A DNA stretch of 62,334 nucleotides, counting the filler, from Actinomycetota bacterium (GTDB lineage: Bacteria > Actinomycetota > CADDZG01 > JAHWKV01 > JAOPZY01): assembly GCA_025963875.1 (NCBI GenBank). It is 6 parts of 6 records of this genome, joined end to end, with 100 filler letters (N's around TTAATTAATTAA, not from the genome) between each part and the next. Parts side by side here need not be neighbours in the genome. Positions count along the whole stretch, not along the records: positions 7,513 to 28,401 come from JAOPZY010000210.1; 5 more parts are not named here. The stretch is one strand, 5' to 3'. The translations under genes were made by a program, and so were the position numbers. Within the stretch, counting starts at the first letter, position 1. Each line of letters begins with the position of its first letter. This document shows positions 18,620-28,203 of this stretch, in pieces. Below the pieces are notes generated by a model. It searched no databases, was not told where the DNA came from, and saw only the letters and a program-made list of their open reading frames with translations.

Positions 18620-19848
18620 GCCACTCCTTCGCTCTCGACGCTGCGCTCGAAGGGGATCCGGATCTCGGCGCGCGTGCCCTTGCCCTCTTCGGAGGTGATT
18701 TCGAGGCGGCCGCCGACCATCTCGACCCGCTCGGTCACCCCGGCGAGGCCGAAGGAGGTCTCGGGCCGGAGATTGTGGTAGGCCCCCACGTCGAAGCCCT
18801 TGCCGTCGTCGATGACGATCATGCGGATCTGATCCCTGCCCGACTCCAGGTTGACCTCGACCCGCCCGGCACCGGCGTGTTTGCGGACGTTGTTCAGCAG
18901 TTCCTGGCAGATCCGGTAGAGCGCGGTCTCGAGGTGCATGGGCAGGTGCGGCGGGATGTCGGTGGCCACGTTGACCTCCACCTCGGGGCCGAAGGTCCGC
19001 CGAGTGAGGGCCTCGATCGCGGGGACGAGCCCAAGGTCGTCGAGGGTGGCCGGCCGCAGGTCGTAGATGGCGGAGCGGGCCTCGTTCAGGGCCTCGCCGA
19101 TCAGGGACTTCGCTTCCTCGAGTTCACACCGGGCCGCAGGCAGGTCCCGCTCCAGCAACCGCTCGCAGGCCTGGACCCGGTACCAGATGGAGATGAGCTG
19201 CTGGGTCACGCCGTCGTGGATCTCCGTGGCCACCCGCCGGCGCTCCTCCTCCTGGGCGGCGACGGTGCGCTTCACCATCCGCTGGAGGGCCTCCTCCTTG
19301 TCCTCGAGCTCCCGGAACAGCGTCGCGTGCTCGATGGCCGTTGCCAGCAGGGAGGCGACGTGGCTGAGCAGGTCGACATCGCGCTTTCCGAAGGCCCGGT
19401 GCTCCTCGGTGTGTAGGTTGACGACGCCGACGAGCCGGTCGGCCGGCGAGACGAGCGGCACCGAGAGCATCGAGGTGTGGCGGTCGCCACCGAGGGCCGG
19501 GATGTACTTGTACCGGGCATCCGCCCATTTGTTGTAGGCGATGACCACCGGCTCCCGGTGCTCCGCAACCCACCCCGACACCCCCTCGCCCAGGGCCAGG
19601 GTCACCGTGCCGACCACCTCGCGGTAGGGCTCGCTGGCTGCGCGGAGCACCAGGCGACCGCCGTTGCCGGGCTCGTAGAGGTGCAGGAAGCAGGCATCGA
19701 CGCCGGTGGTCTCCAACACCAGGTCGACGGCGGCGGTCAGGACGCGCTCCAGGTCGACGCCGGAGGAGAACACCTCGATGATTCGGTTGAGGGCCCGGTT
19801 CTCCTCCTGGGCCATGGTCAGCGCTTCGGCATCACTCGCATCCGTCAC
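18616..19848 (-). CDS. Cytoplasmic GAF sensor histidine kinase (HisKA_3)
   Basis: GEGVSGWVA GAF; EERRRVATEIHDGVTQ; ELLNNVRKHA, DDGKGF, FGL. Confidence 0.93.
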   Translation of the reverse strand: MTDASDAEALTMAQEENRALNRIIEVFSSGVDLERVLTAAVDLVLETTGVDACFLHLYEPGNGGRLVLRAASEPYREVVGTVTLALGEGVSGWVAEHREPVVIAYNKWADARYKYIPALGGDRHTSMLSVPLVSPADRLVGVVNLHTEEHRAFGKRDVDLLSHVASLLATAIEHATLFRELEDKEEALQRMVKRTVAAQEEERRRVATEIHDGVTQQLISIWYRVQACERLLERDLPAARCELEEAKSLIGEALNEARSAIYDLRPATLDDLGLVPAIEALTRRTFGPEVEVNVATDIPPHLPMHLETALYRICQELLNNVRKHAGAGRVEVNLESGRDQIRMIVIDDGKGFDVGAYHNLRPETSFGLAGVTERVEMVGGRLEITSEEGKGTRAEIRIPFERSVESEGVA

Positions 19849-19962
19849 CCGCGGATCTCCCTCGAACCACAGTAGGGCACGGCGCAGGATAACGGTAGCA
19901 CCGCCGGAGCGGAAATCCGCGCGATCGGGCTCCGGCGCGGCCCGGGAGGGAATTCGGGGGGC

Positions 19963-20361
19963 CTACTGGGCTTCGGCGCGGGTGGCGGCCGGTTCCTCGG
20001 CAGCTCGCAGCAGGTGGCGAGCGCTGACGATCCCGACCAGCTTGCCGTTGTCGACGACGGGCAGGTGGCGGAAGCCGTGGTCCAGCATGATGCCGATTGC
20101 CTCGTGGACGTCCATCGACGGGCTGGCGCAAACCGGGTCGCGGGTCATGAGGTCCTCGAGCTTGGTGTTCCACGGCACCATGCCCCGGGCGACGGCCTTC
20201 ATGACGTCACGCTCCGAGACGATGCCGACGACGACGCCCTGCGTGAGGATGACGGTAGCCCCGACCTTGCGCTCGACCATCAACTGGGCGCCCTCTTCGA
20301 GGGTCTGGTCCGGTCGGGCGGTGGTGACGCTCTGGTTCATGTGCTCTTCAACCGTAGACAT
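19963..20361 (-). CDS. CBS-pair protein
   Basis: GIVSERDV, GFRHLPVVD..LVGIVS. Confidence 0.9.
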   Translation of the reverse strand: MSTVEEHMNQSVTTARPDQTLEEGAQLMVERKVGATVILTQGVVVGIVSERDVMKAVARGMVPWNTKLEDLMTRDPVCASPSMDVHEAIGIMLDHGFRHLPVVDNGKLVGIVSARHLLRAAEEPAATRAEAQ

Positions 20362-20442
20362 GGCGACAGCCCTTTCGCGACCGGGGACGCAACAAGATAG
20401 CACCCATAGACATCGCGCCCAGCAGGTTGGACACGGGAGGGG

Positions 20443-20835
20443 TCACGGAAGGAGGCTGCGCTCGTAGTCCTCCAGCAGGGCGTCCACCAGGTCCCGGATC
20501 GACAGCATGCCGATGGGGATGCCGTCGTCGAGCACGATGAGATGGCGGAACCCTCCTCGGCGCATGGTCTTGGCAGCCTCGACGACGTCCCAGGTCGTGG
20601 TGGCGCAGACCGGGGTCGTGGTCATATAGACGCCGACGGTGGTACTCGCGAGATCCGCCCCCTCGGAGACCGCGCGCAGGACGTCGCGCTCGGTGATGAT
20701 CCCCGGGTGTCCCTCGTCGGTCTGGATGATCGCCGCCCCGACGTTCCGCTCGTACATCTTGCGGGCGGTGTCCAGAAGGTTGTTCTCCGGTTGCACCGAG
20801 AGCAGGCGCTGCCTGACGAGCGGACCGATCTCCAT
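20443..20835 (-). CDS. CBS-pair protein
   Basis: GIITERDVL, GFRHLIV, GMLSIRDL. Confidence 0.9.
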   Translation of the reverse strand: MEIGPLVRQRLLSVQPENNLLDTARKMYERNVGAAIIQTDEGHPGIITERDVLRAVSEGADLASTTVGVYMTTTPVCATTTWDVVEAAKTMRRGGFRHLIVLDDGIPIGMLSIRDLVDALLEDYERSLLP

Positions 20836-20908
20836 GACCCATTGTGGACCCGGAAATGCACTGGCAACAAGTGGGGGCCGGGTGGGAGTTCCAGGGCCAT
20901 CCCCCGCC

Positions 20909-21700
20909 TCACCCCGCTAGGGGAGACGCATCGAGCAGCAGGGCTGCAGGAGCGAACAGGGAGGACCTCGTCGCGAGGATGCCCGTGCGTCCACTCGTGT
21001 TCGTCCCGCCGGCCAGGTCGCCTGCCCGGAGGCCCGCCTCCTCGACGAGCAGCAGTCCCGCTGCCACGTCCCAGGGATCGGCGGGGAGCAGGACCAGCCC
21101 GTCGGCCCGGCCGGCTGCGACGAGGGCCAGGTCGAGGCTCACGCAGCCGAACATCCGGAACGCCCGCACCGAGCCGGCGAGGCCTCCGGCGATCGTCCAG
21201 AGCACCGACGCCGGGTGGTAGGCCTTGTTGAGGATGAAGACGGCTGCGCCGAGATCGGGGCCAGCGCCCGGGTCGGGCCGGTCGAAGCCGCCGCCACGGA
21301 GGGCGGTGAAGGTGTCCCCGAGGGCCGGGGCGTGGACGACGCCGAGCAGCGCCGCTGCGTCGCCGTCGCCCAGGCAGCCGAGCGACACGGCGAACATCGG
21401 CAGCCCGGCGACGTAGTTCGTCGTCCCGTCCAGGGGATCGACCACCCAGCGGTACCCGCTCGTGGACTCCCGGCCGGTCCCCTCCTCGGCGAGCAGGCCG
21501 TCGCCGGGGAAGGCCTCCGCCAGGGAGCCGGCGATGAGGTGCTCGGCCCGGCGGTCGAGCTCGGTGACGATGCCCCGGTCCTTGCGCTCGGCGGCGACGC
21601 CGGTCCGGAAGCGGGAGAGCAGCAGGTCACCCACCTGGTGGGCGATGCGCGTGGCCCAGTCGAGGCGGCCCTGGATCTCAGGTGACGGCAGCACGACCAA
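20909..21700 (-). CDS. Inositol monophosphatase family protein (start uncertain)
   Basis: LAEE, WVVDPLDGTTNY, WDVAAG. Confidence 0.88.
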   Translation of the reverse strand: MVVLPSPEIQGRLDWATRIAHQVGDLLLSRFRTGVAAERKDRGIVTELDRRAEHLIAGSLAEAFPGDGLLAEEGTGRESTSGYRWVVDPLDGTTNYVAGLPMFAVSLGCLGDGDAAALLGVVHAPALGDTFTALRGGGFDRPDPGAGPDLGAAVFILNKAYHPASVLWTIAGGLAGSVRAFRMFGCVSLDLALVAAGRADGLVLLPADPWDVAAGLLLVEEAGLRAGDLAGGTNTSGRTGILATRSSLFAPAALLLDASPLAG

Positions 21701-21757
21701 AGGATGTCATGTGGGCCAAGTAGAGTGGTTCCCCATGGCAACCTGCGGGCGGCTGTC

Positions 21758-22201
21758 TTGACCACGACCAAGTCACCGGACGCCCGTGTGGCCGCAATCC
21801 TCGACCAGCTCGCCGCCAGGGGCATGCGCCGGACCTCGGCCCGGCAGGCGATCCTCGAGGCCCTCTTCGCCGCCGAGTCGCATGTCACGGCCGAGGACAT
21901 CGCGGTGGAGGTCCACCGCCGCTTCCCCTCCGTCGATGTCTCGACCGTCTACCGGACCCTGGACACGCTCGAGCAGCTCGGGATCATCGACCACACCCAC
22001 CTCGCCCACGGGCCGGCGATCTTCCACCTCGCCGACGACGACCACCAGCACCTCGTCTGCGAGCGTTGCGGGCGCGTCGAGGAGGTCGCCCCCGAGAAGC
22101 TCGAGCCCTTCCTGGAGGCGCTGAGGGCGGAGTTCGACTTCGACGTGGACCGCCGCCACTTCGCTCTCGTGGGGATCTGCGCGGCCTGCCGGGACCGTTA
22201 A
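21758..22201 (+). CDS. Fur-family regulator
   Basis: STVYRTL, HQHLVCERCG, GICAAC. Confidence 0.9.
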   Translation: MTTTKSPDARVAAILDQLAARGMRRTSARQAILEALFAAESHVTAEDIAVEVHRRFPSVDVSTVYRTLDTLEQLGIIDHTHLAHGPAIFHLADDDHQHLVCERCGRVEEVAPEKLEPFLEALRAEFDFDVDRRHFALVGICAACRDR

Positions 22202-22247
22202 AAGACCTTCGCCTCAGTCTGGACCCCCGCCCCCCAGGGGCAGGGTA

Positions 22248-22298
22248 GGAGGTTGGGAGCCTAGAGCGCGTATGCGCGCGATTCGCTCCCAACTTCGG
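22248..22298. repeat. 51-nt palindrome, intergenic; related to 35866-35916
   Basis: GAGGTTGGGAGC...GCTCCCAACTTC arms with inner CGCG-TATG-CGCG. Confidence 0.65.
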
Positions 22299-22315
22299 GC
22301 AAGGGCCCATGCCTT

Positions 22316-25024
22316 CTAGGAGACGGTGATGACCGCGCGCATGCCGAGCGCGTAGTGCCCCGGCTGGTGGCAGCCGATCAGGACGGTCCCGGGGCGGGTG
22401 AAGGTGTAGACCAGTTCCCCGGTCGCCCCCGGGGCGACATCGATGACGGGCAGGCCATCGTGATGGCCCATGGTCGCCATGGCGTCGTGCTGGGCCTGCA
22501 CCGTGGCGTCGCCGATCAGGGCCTCGTGGACGACCGCTCCGTCGTTGCGGAAGACGAATCGCACGGTCTGGCCAGTGGCGACCGCCATGGCGCTCGGCCC
22601 GTAGGCGTCGTCGGTCATCGCCACGTCGATCGTCCTGCTCACCGCCGGCGGCCGGTGGAGGGCGGCGGTGGCGAGCACGGTCCCGCCGAGCAGCACCATG
22701 GGGGTCACCCATGCCACCGCGACGCCCCGGCGAAGCTTTGCCCTCGCCCGGGCCGGTGACCGCATCTGGGGACGCCGCCCCGGGCCGGCGTGGGCCTTCA
22801 GGAAGCGGGACAGCCGGAGGCTGTTGGCGACGACCGACACGCTCGAGAATCCCATCGCCGCGCCGGCGACGACCGGGTTCAGGAGGCCGAAGGCCGCCAG
22901 GGGGATAGCGGCCAGGTTGTAGCCGAAGGCCCAGCCGAGGTTCTGCAGGATGGTGGCGTAGGTCCGGCGCGAGAGCTGGAGTGCGGTCGCCACGCCGTTG
23001 AGGTCGGGCGACAGCAGCGTGATGTCGGAGGCCTCGATGGCGACGTCGGTGCCGGTCCCGATGGCGATCCCCAGGTCGGCCTGCACGAGGGCAGGGGCGT
23101 CGTTCACCCCGTCGCCGACCATCGCCACAACCCGGCCCTCACCCTGGAGCCGGGCGATCTCGGCAGCCTTGCCCGACGGCAGCACGCCGGCGAGGACCCG
23201 GTCGATGCCCACCTGTCCGGCGATCGCCCGTGCCGTCGCCTCGTTGTCGCCCGTCACCATCAGGACCTCGACGCCCATGGCCCTGAGGGAAGCGACCGCG
23301 CCCGGCGCCGCCGGCTTCAGCGTGTCGGCGACCGCCAGGAGGCCGCGGGCGGCACCGTCCCATCCGGCGAAGACGACCGTGCGGCCCCCGGCCTCCAGGC
23401 GGGCCGCCTCGGCGGCGATGTCGACCGGCACGTCGAAGCCTTCCCGCCCGAGCAGAACAGGGCGGCCGACGGCCACCCGAACCCCGCCGACCTCGGCCAC
23501 GACGCCGAGCCCGGCGACCGCCTCGAAGTGCTCGACCGTTGCCCCGCTCATGACATCCCAGGTGCCCGCAGCGGCGAGCGCCTGGCCCACCGGGTGCTCG
23601 GAGCCCACCTCCGCCGCGGCGACCAGGGCCAGCAGATCCGCCCCGGTCACGCCGGGGGCGGGAACGACGTCGGTGAGCACGAGGCGACCGGTCGTGAGCG
23701 TCCCGGTCTTGTCCATCACCATGGTGTCGACCACCCGCGAGCGCTCCAGCACCTCCCCGCCTTTGATGAGCACCCCGAGATTGGCCCCCCGCCCCGTGCC
23801 GACCATGATCGCCATCGGGGTTGCCAGCCCGAGGGCGCACGGGCAGGCGACGATGAGGACGGCCACGGCGGCGAGGATGCCTTTCCCGGCATCGGCGCCG
23901 AAGGCCCACCAGCCCAGGAACGTGAGCCCGGCAAGCGCCAGAACGATGGGGACGAAGACCGCCGCGATCCGGTCGGCGAGACGCTGGATGGGGGCCTTGG
24001 AGGCCTGGGCCTGCTCCACGAGGCGGACGATCCCCGCCAGGGCCGTGTCCACCCCGACCGCCCCGGCCTCGACCGTGAGAACTCCCTGCTGGTTGACGGT
24101 CGCCCCCACGACGTGGTCGCCGGGCGCCTTGTCGACGGGCACGGACTCCCCGGTCAGCATCGACTCGTCCACCGCCGAGACACCGCCCACCACGACGCCG
24201 TCGACGGGGACCTTCTCGCCGGGCCGGACCCGGAGGACGTCGCCGACCCGGACGGACTCGACGGGCACCATCCGTTCCCCTCTGAGTTCCACGAGGCATG
24301 CCTCCTTGGCCCCCAGCTCCAGCAGGGCCCGGAGCGCCCCGGACGCCGACCCCTTCACCCGGGCCTCGATGAAGCGGCCCAGCAACAGGAAGGCGACGAT
24401 CAGCGCCGCCGTGTCGTAGTGGAGGTGGCCCCCGAAGGCTCCGGCCCCTTGGTCGTGGCCGGCCCCGCTGCCCAGCAACTCGAACGTGGAGAAGGCGAAG
24501 GCGGACACCGTGCCGAGGGCGATGAGGGTGTCCATGTTGGCGGTCCGCGCCCGGGCACGGACCACGGCCGAGCGGATGAACGGCCACCCGGCCCAGAACA
24601 CGACGGGGGTCGTCAGGACCGCCGTGGCGTAGCGGGCCCAGGTGGCGTGGGGCCATCCCATGGAAAGGATGAGGGCCGCGGCCGCCAGCGGCCACGCAAC
24701 GAGGAGGCGCCGCAGCCACGCCGCCTGCTCCGCGGCCTGCTCGGCTCCCCCACTGCGGGGGCCGCCCGGCAGGGGGTCGAGGCGGTACCCCACCCTGCCG
24801 ACCGCTCCGATCAGGTCCCGCTCGGGGGCCGGTGCGCTCGCGTCAAGCTCGACCGTGGCCCGTCCGGTCGCGAAGTTGACCCCGGCGCCCGCGACCCCCG
24901 GCTGGCGCTGGAGCGTCCGCTCCACCCTTGCCGCGCACGAGGCGCAGGTCATCCCCCCGACGTCGAAGACCAGGACCCGTCCCGGGTCTGCCGCTTGACG
25001 CTCGGGTGCGGCCACTTCGCTCAC
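22316..25024 (-). CDS. copA: Cu(I) P1B-type ATPase with fused C-terminal cupredoxin domain
   Basis: [43 protein letters not shown]; then an extra TM and a [14 protein letters not shown] cupredoxin. Confidence 0.9.
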   Translation of the reverse strand: MSEVAAPERQAADPGRVLVFDVGGMTCASCAARVERTLQRQPGVAGAGVNFATGRATVELDASAPAPERDLIGAVGRVGYRLDPLPGGPRSGGAEQAAEQAAWLRRLLVAWPLAAAALILSMGWPHATWARYATAVLTTPVVFWAGWPFIRSAVVRARARTANMDTLIALGTVSAFAFSTFELLGSGAGHDQGAGAFGGHLHYDTAALIVAFLLLGRFIEARVKGSASGALRALLELGAKEACLVELRGERMVPVESVRVGDVLRVRPGEKVPVDGVVVGGVSAVDESMLTGESVPVDKAPGDHVVGATVNQQGVLTVEAGAVGVDTALAGIVRLVEQAQASKAPIQRLADRIAAVFVPIVLALAGLTFLGWWAFGADAGKGILAAVAVLIVACPCALGLATPMAIMVGTGRGANLGVLIKGGEVLERSRVVDTMVMDKTGTLTTGRLVLTDVVPAPGVTGADLLALVAAAEVGSEHPVGQALAAAGTWDVMSGATVEHFEAVAGLGVVAEVGGVRVAVGRPVLLGREGFDVPVDIAAEAARLEAGGRTVVFAGWDGAARGLLAVADTLKPAAPGAVASLRAMGVEVLMVTGDNEATARAIAGQVGIDRVLAGVLPSGKAAEIARLQGEGRVVAMVGDGVNDAPALVQADLGIAIGTGTDVAIEASDITLLSPDLNGVATALQLSRRTYATILQNLGWAFGYNLAAIPLAAFGLLNPVVAGAAMGFSSVSVVANSLRLSRFLKAHAGPGRRPQMRSPARARAKLRRGVAVAWVTPMVLLGGTVLATAALHRPPAVSRTIDVAMTDDAYGPSAMAVATGQTVRFVFRNDGAVVHEALIGDATVQAQHDAMATMGHHDGLPVIDVAPGATGELVYTFTRPGTVLIGCHQPGHYALGMRAVITVS

Positions 25025-25347
25025 GCCGTGACCGGCGCGGCTCCTTCGTTCGGGGCGTCCGAGGGGTCGGTGGGCCCGGTGGTCACGCGGTCGAAGCGCA
25101 TGGCCTCCATGAGCTCGTCGACGATCTCGCCGGTGCGCCCGGCCACCATCGCGGCGGCGACACAGGTCTCCAGATGGTTGCGCAGCACGATCCGGCTCGC
25201 CCGCTCGAGCTGGCCCTGGACGGCCGAGAGCTGCTTCATGACGTCTGGGCAGTAGGCGTCCTCCTCGACCATGCGGAGCACGGCGTCGAGATGGCCCCTC
25301 GCGGTGCGCAACCGGTTGACCACCGAGCGCTGATGTTGCTCTTTCAT
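25021..25347 (-). CDS. csoR: CsoR-family copper-sensing repressor
   Basis: [21 protein letters not shown] (C-H-C ligand set); coupled to copA. Confidence 0.85.
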   Translation of the reverse strand: MKEQHQRSVVNRLRTARGHLDAVLRMVEEDAYCPDVMKQLSAVQGQLERASRIVLRNHLETCVAAAMVAGRTGEIVDELMEAMRFDRVTTGPTDPSDAPNEGAAPVTA

Positions 25348-25356
25348 GGGGCCTAT

Positions 25357-25376
25357 CCTACCCCACCTGGGGTGGG
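25357..25376. promoter_or_regulatory. Probable CsoR operator overlapping the -10 of a leaderless csoR-copA transcript
   Basis: CCTACCCCA-CC-TGGGGTGGG C/G-tract pseudo-palindrome; TAGGAT-N7-ATG on the minus strand. Confidence 0.65.
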
Positions 25377-25435
25377 GTTGGCCGATCTGTCGGACGCATC
25401 GTCAGATTTCGCGAGAAATTCAACCAGGGTTAAAG

Positions 25436-25564
25436 GGCGGGACCGATGGCCGTCACATCCGAGGGCCAGAGTTCGTGGTAGTTCCACCAGACTCGAGGCT
25501 GGGCACCGGGAGCCGGTCCGAAACGACTGCTCGTTAGTCAATCCGGACAGGCAGTCATCCCGCC
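25436..25564 (+). ncRNA. Candidate structured cis-regulatory RNA of unknown class
   Basis: Closing stem GGCGGGA/TCCCGCC, TCCG/CGGA, internal hairpins GAGT..GTGG-TAGTT-CCAC..ACTC and GAGCCGGTC-CGAAAC-GACTGCTC. Confidence 0.4.
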
Positions 25565-25645
25565 ATTGGTCGATTGGGAGATTTCGGCGAATCTCCGATC
25601 ACTTCAGTAGACGCCTCCGCGAGCCTCCTAGCGAATCGAGATCCC

Positions 25646-27148
25646 ATGAACCTACTTCGGCGCGGGCGCGCCCTTGGCGCCTCCCTCCTTCTCCTGGCGG
25701 CGGGCCTCGCGCCCAGCGCCACCTCGGCGGCCGTTGCACGCACGGCAGGCGCCACGGCCTTCGCCGTCGACAGCTTTGCCGGGCGCAGCGCCTCCAGGGG
25801 CTGGGGGACCGCCTCCGACGGCAACGTCTGGCGCGTCCAGGCGGGCAGCACCGGCCTCCTGTCGGTTTCGGGCAACGAGGGACTGGTGAAGGGCAACGGC
25901 TCGATGGCGCTGTTGCGTGCGACGCTGGGAACCACGACCGCCGGCGACACCGACGTGGTCGCCCGTTACACCTCGGGCGACTACGCCAACGATGCCGGGC
26001 ACCTTGTGTTCCGGTACTCAGGGTTCGGCACCTACTACGCGGCCGGGCTGGACTCGCCGAACGGCACCCCGGAGCTCAACATCATGAGGGTCAAGGGGGG
26101 TTCCCAGACCCGGGTCGCCAGCGCCGCGTTCGGTGCCGTCACCGGGACTGCCTACTGGGAGCGGACCAGGATCGAGACCTCAGGAGGGGCGGCCGTCATC
26201 TCCGTGCGGGCCTGGCAGGACGGCACGCCAGAGCCCAGCGGATGGGGCGTCACCTACAGCGACACGGCTCCCCTGCCCGCCGGAAAGGCCGGCGTCGAGT
26301 CGTGGGACAGCGGGCTCGGCTGGAGCATGGACCATTTCACGGCCTCCGCCCTGGGCAGCCCCACGCCCACGCCGTCCCCGAGCCCCAGCCCTTCCCCGAC
26401 GGCCAGCCCTTCCCCGACGCCCACTCCCAGCCCGATCACCGGGGGAGGCACGCCTTCGGGCGCCGCCATGCCAACCGGCAACATCCCGGGCTGGAACATG
26501 GTGTTCTCGGACGACTTCACCGGGACCGCGCTCAGGGCATCGGCCTGGGGTGCCTACAGCGGACAGCCCGGCGGCGATCCCGGCGGCTGGTGGGATCCGT
26601 CCCACGTCGTCGTCCACAACGGGATGCTGGACCTCCAGACCTACCGGGACCCGGCCTTCGGCAACCGGTGGGTCTCCGGCGGCGTGTCCAGCGCCCCCGC
26701 GCTGACCCAGCTCTACGGCAAGTACCTGGTGCGCTTCCGGATCGACAAGGGCGTAGGGGTTGCCGGCGTCCTCCTGCTCTGGCCCTCCAACGGCAGCTGG
26801 CCACCCGAGATCGACTTCGGGGAGGACGGCGGCGGGGACCGCAGCCAGAGCACCGCCACGCTCCATTACGGCTCGAACGACTCGCAGACGGCGCAGTCCG
26901 TGACCGCCGACTTCAGTCAGTGGCACACGATGGGCGTCGAGTGGACGGCGGGCCAGCTGAAGTTCACGCTCGACGGGGCGGTGTGGGGCACGATGAACTC
27001 CGCCCACGTGCCATCGATCCCCATGGAGCTCGACCTCCAGGCGCAGGGAGGCACCTGCGGCGACACCTGGGTTCCCTGCCCCGACGCCACGACCGCCGCC
27101 CACGTCAACATGCAGATCGACTGGGTGGCGGCTTACAAGCCGGCTTAG
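25646..27148 (+). CDS. Secreted glycoside hydrolase family 16 with N-terminal beta-sandwich domain and Pro/Ser/Thr linker
   Basis: Signal peptide; FSDDFTG, WPPEIDFGE (ExDxxE), WHTMGVEWT, MQIDWV. Confidence 0.85.
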   Translation: MNLLRRGRALGASLLLLAAGLAPSATSAAVARTAGATAFAVDSFAGRSASRGWGTASDGNVWRVQAGSTGLLSVSGNEGLVKGNGSMALLRATLGTTTAGDTDVVARYTSGDYANDAGHLVFRYSGFGTYYAAGLDSPNGTPELNIMRVKGGSQTRVASAAFGAVTGTAYWERTRIETSGGAAVISVRAWQDGTPEPSGWGVTYSDTAPLPAGKAGVESWDSGLGWSMDHFTASALGSPTPTPSPSPSPSPTASPSPTPTPSPITGGGTPSGAAMPTGNIPGWNMVFSDDFTGTALRASAWGAYSGQPGGDPGGWWDPSHVVVHNGMLDLQTYRDPAFGNRWVSGGVSSAPALTQLYGKYLVRFRIDKGVGVAGVLLLWPSNGSWPPEIDFGEDGGGDRSQSTATLHYGSNDSQTAQSVTADFSQWHTMGVEWTAGQLKFTLDGAVWGTMNSAHVPSIPMELDLQAQGGTCGDTWVPCPDATTAAHVNMQIDWVAAYKPA

Positions 27149-27154
27149 CTTCCA

Positions 27155-27207
27155 GAGAAGTCCGTAGCCTTAGCCGTACTCAGCCCGGTTTTCATTGCGG
27201 ACTTCCA
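27155..27207. repeat. 53-nt palindrome, left copy flanking the AbiEi/DUF559 pseudogene
   Basis: GAGAAGTCCG..CCGTACTCAGCCCGG..TTGCGGACTTC; 40/53 identical to 28166-28218. Confidence 0.8.
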
Positions 27208-27249
27208 AAACAGCCTATAAATTGTCGTACCCCATCGCTCTAATGTATA

Positions 27250-28203
27250 GATAGACCGGGACAAGGCGGTAGGTGCGCTCGCCCAACGGCAGCACGGCCT
27301 CGTCACGCGGGCCCAAGCTCGAGAGTGCGGCTTCTCGAACGACGCCGTCGACTGGCGAATGAGAAGCGGCCTCTGGCAGCCGGCTCAGCGCGGCGTCGTG
27401 CGCCTTCCGGGCGCCCCCGTGACCCTGCACCAGAAGATCCTGGCGCCCTGTCTGGCCATTCCCGGCTCAACAGCCTCGTACCGGGCGGCCGCGGCTCTGT
27501 GGGAAATTCCCGACGTCCTCGGCAGGTCCGAGATCACGGTCCTCAAGTTCTACAGGGTCCGCCTGGAGGATGTGGAGGTGCACCGGCGGAGCGGATGGAT
27601 CGGCGGGACCGGGTTTGGCGGAGCGGGATCCCCGTGACATCGCTGCCTCGCACGGTTATCGACCTCGCGGGGGTGCTGACACGCGAACGAACGAGGGCGA
27701 TCGTCACGCACCTTCTGGCAAGACGACGGCTCTCCCTACAGCTCCTCAGCTCCCGCATGGAGGATCTTGGCACCCAGGGCCGGCGAGGAGCGGGGGACCT
27801 CGCAGAGCTTCTTGTTGAGCTCAAGGGCCGGAAACGCCACGTCGACAGTGGTGCCCAGCGCCGTTTGGAGAGGCTGCTCCTTGAAGCGGCGAAGCAGGGA
27901 CGGCTCCCCACCCCGTACTTCGAGTACCCCGTTCAGCTTTCGAACGGCGAGTGGCGGTATCCGGACGCTGGATACCCCGACCACCTCACCGGGGTCGAGC
28001 TGCTGAGCTACGAGCATCACGCCTCGCTCCCAGCCTTTGCCCACGACCTGGACCGCAACCTGGAGTTCCTGGAGGAGGAGTGGTTCTTGATTCCCATTAC
28101 GGACCTGCATGTGAGGAACGAGCCCGACCGTCTGGTGGATCTCATCGCGAAAGTGCTGAGCCGCCGAGAAGTCCGCAATGTTCACCGTACTCAGTCCGGC
28201 TAA
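27250..28203 (+). pseudogene. AbiEi/DUF559-like gene with apparent ATA in place of the start and a frameshift near 27587
   Basis: One frame gives DRDKAVGALAQRQHGLVTRAQ..ASYRAAAALW..VEVHR; another continues ERMDRRDRVWRSGIPVTSLPRTVIDL..YPDAGYP..VELLSYEHH. Confidence 0.75.

Noticed and set aside
22790..25255. Long antisense and alternate-frame ORFs (e.g. 821 aa opposite copA, 894 aa at 58407-61091, 791 aa at 40887)
   Set aside because: Shadow ORFs typical of high-GC DNA; the 894-aa ORF is real only from 59696 onward.
25436..25564. Assignment to c-di-AMP, c-di-GMP-II, ZTP or raiA RNA classes
   Set aside because: Only short fragments match; the core consensus elements of each are missing by eye.
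26355..26435. Short tandem repeats in the GH16 gene
   Set aside because: Encode an ordinary Pro/Ser/Thr linker.
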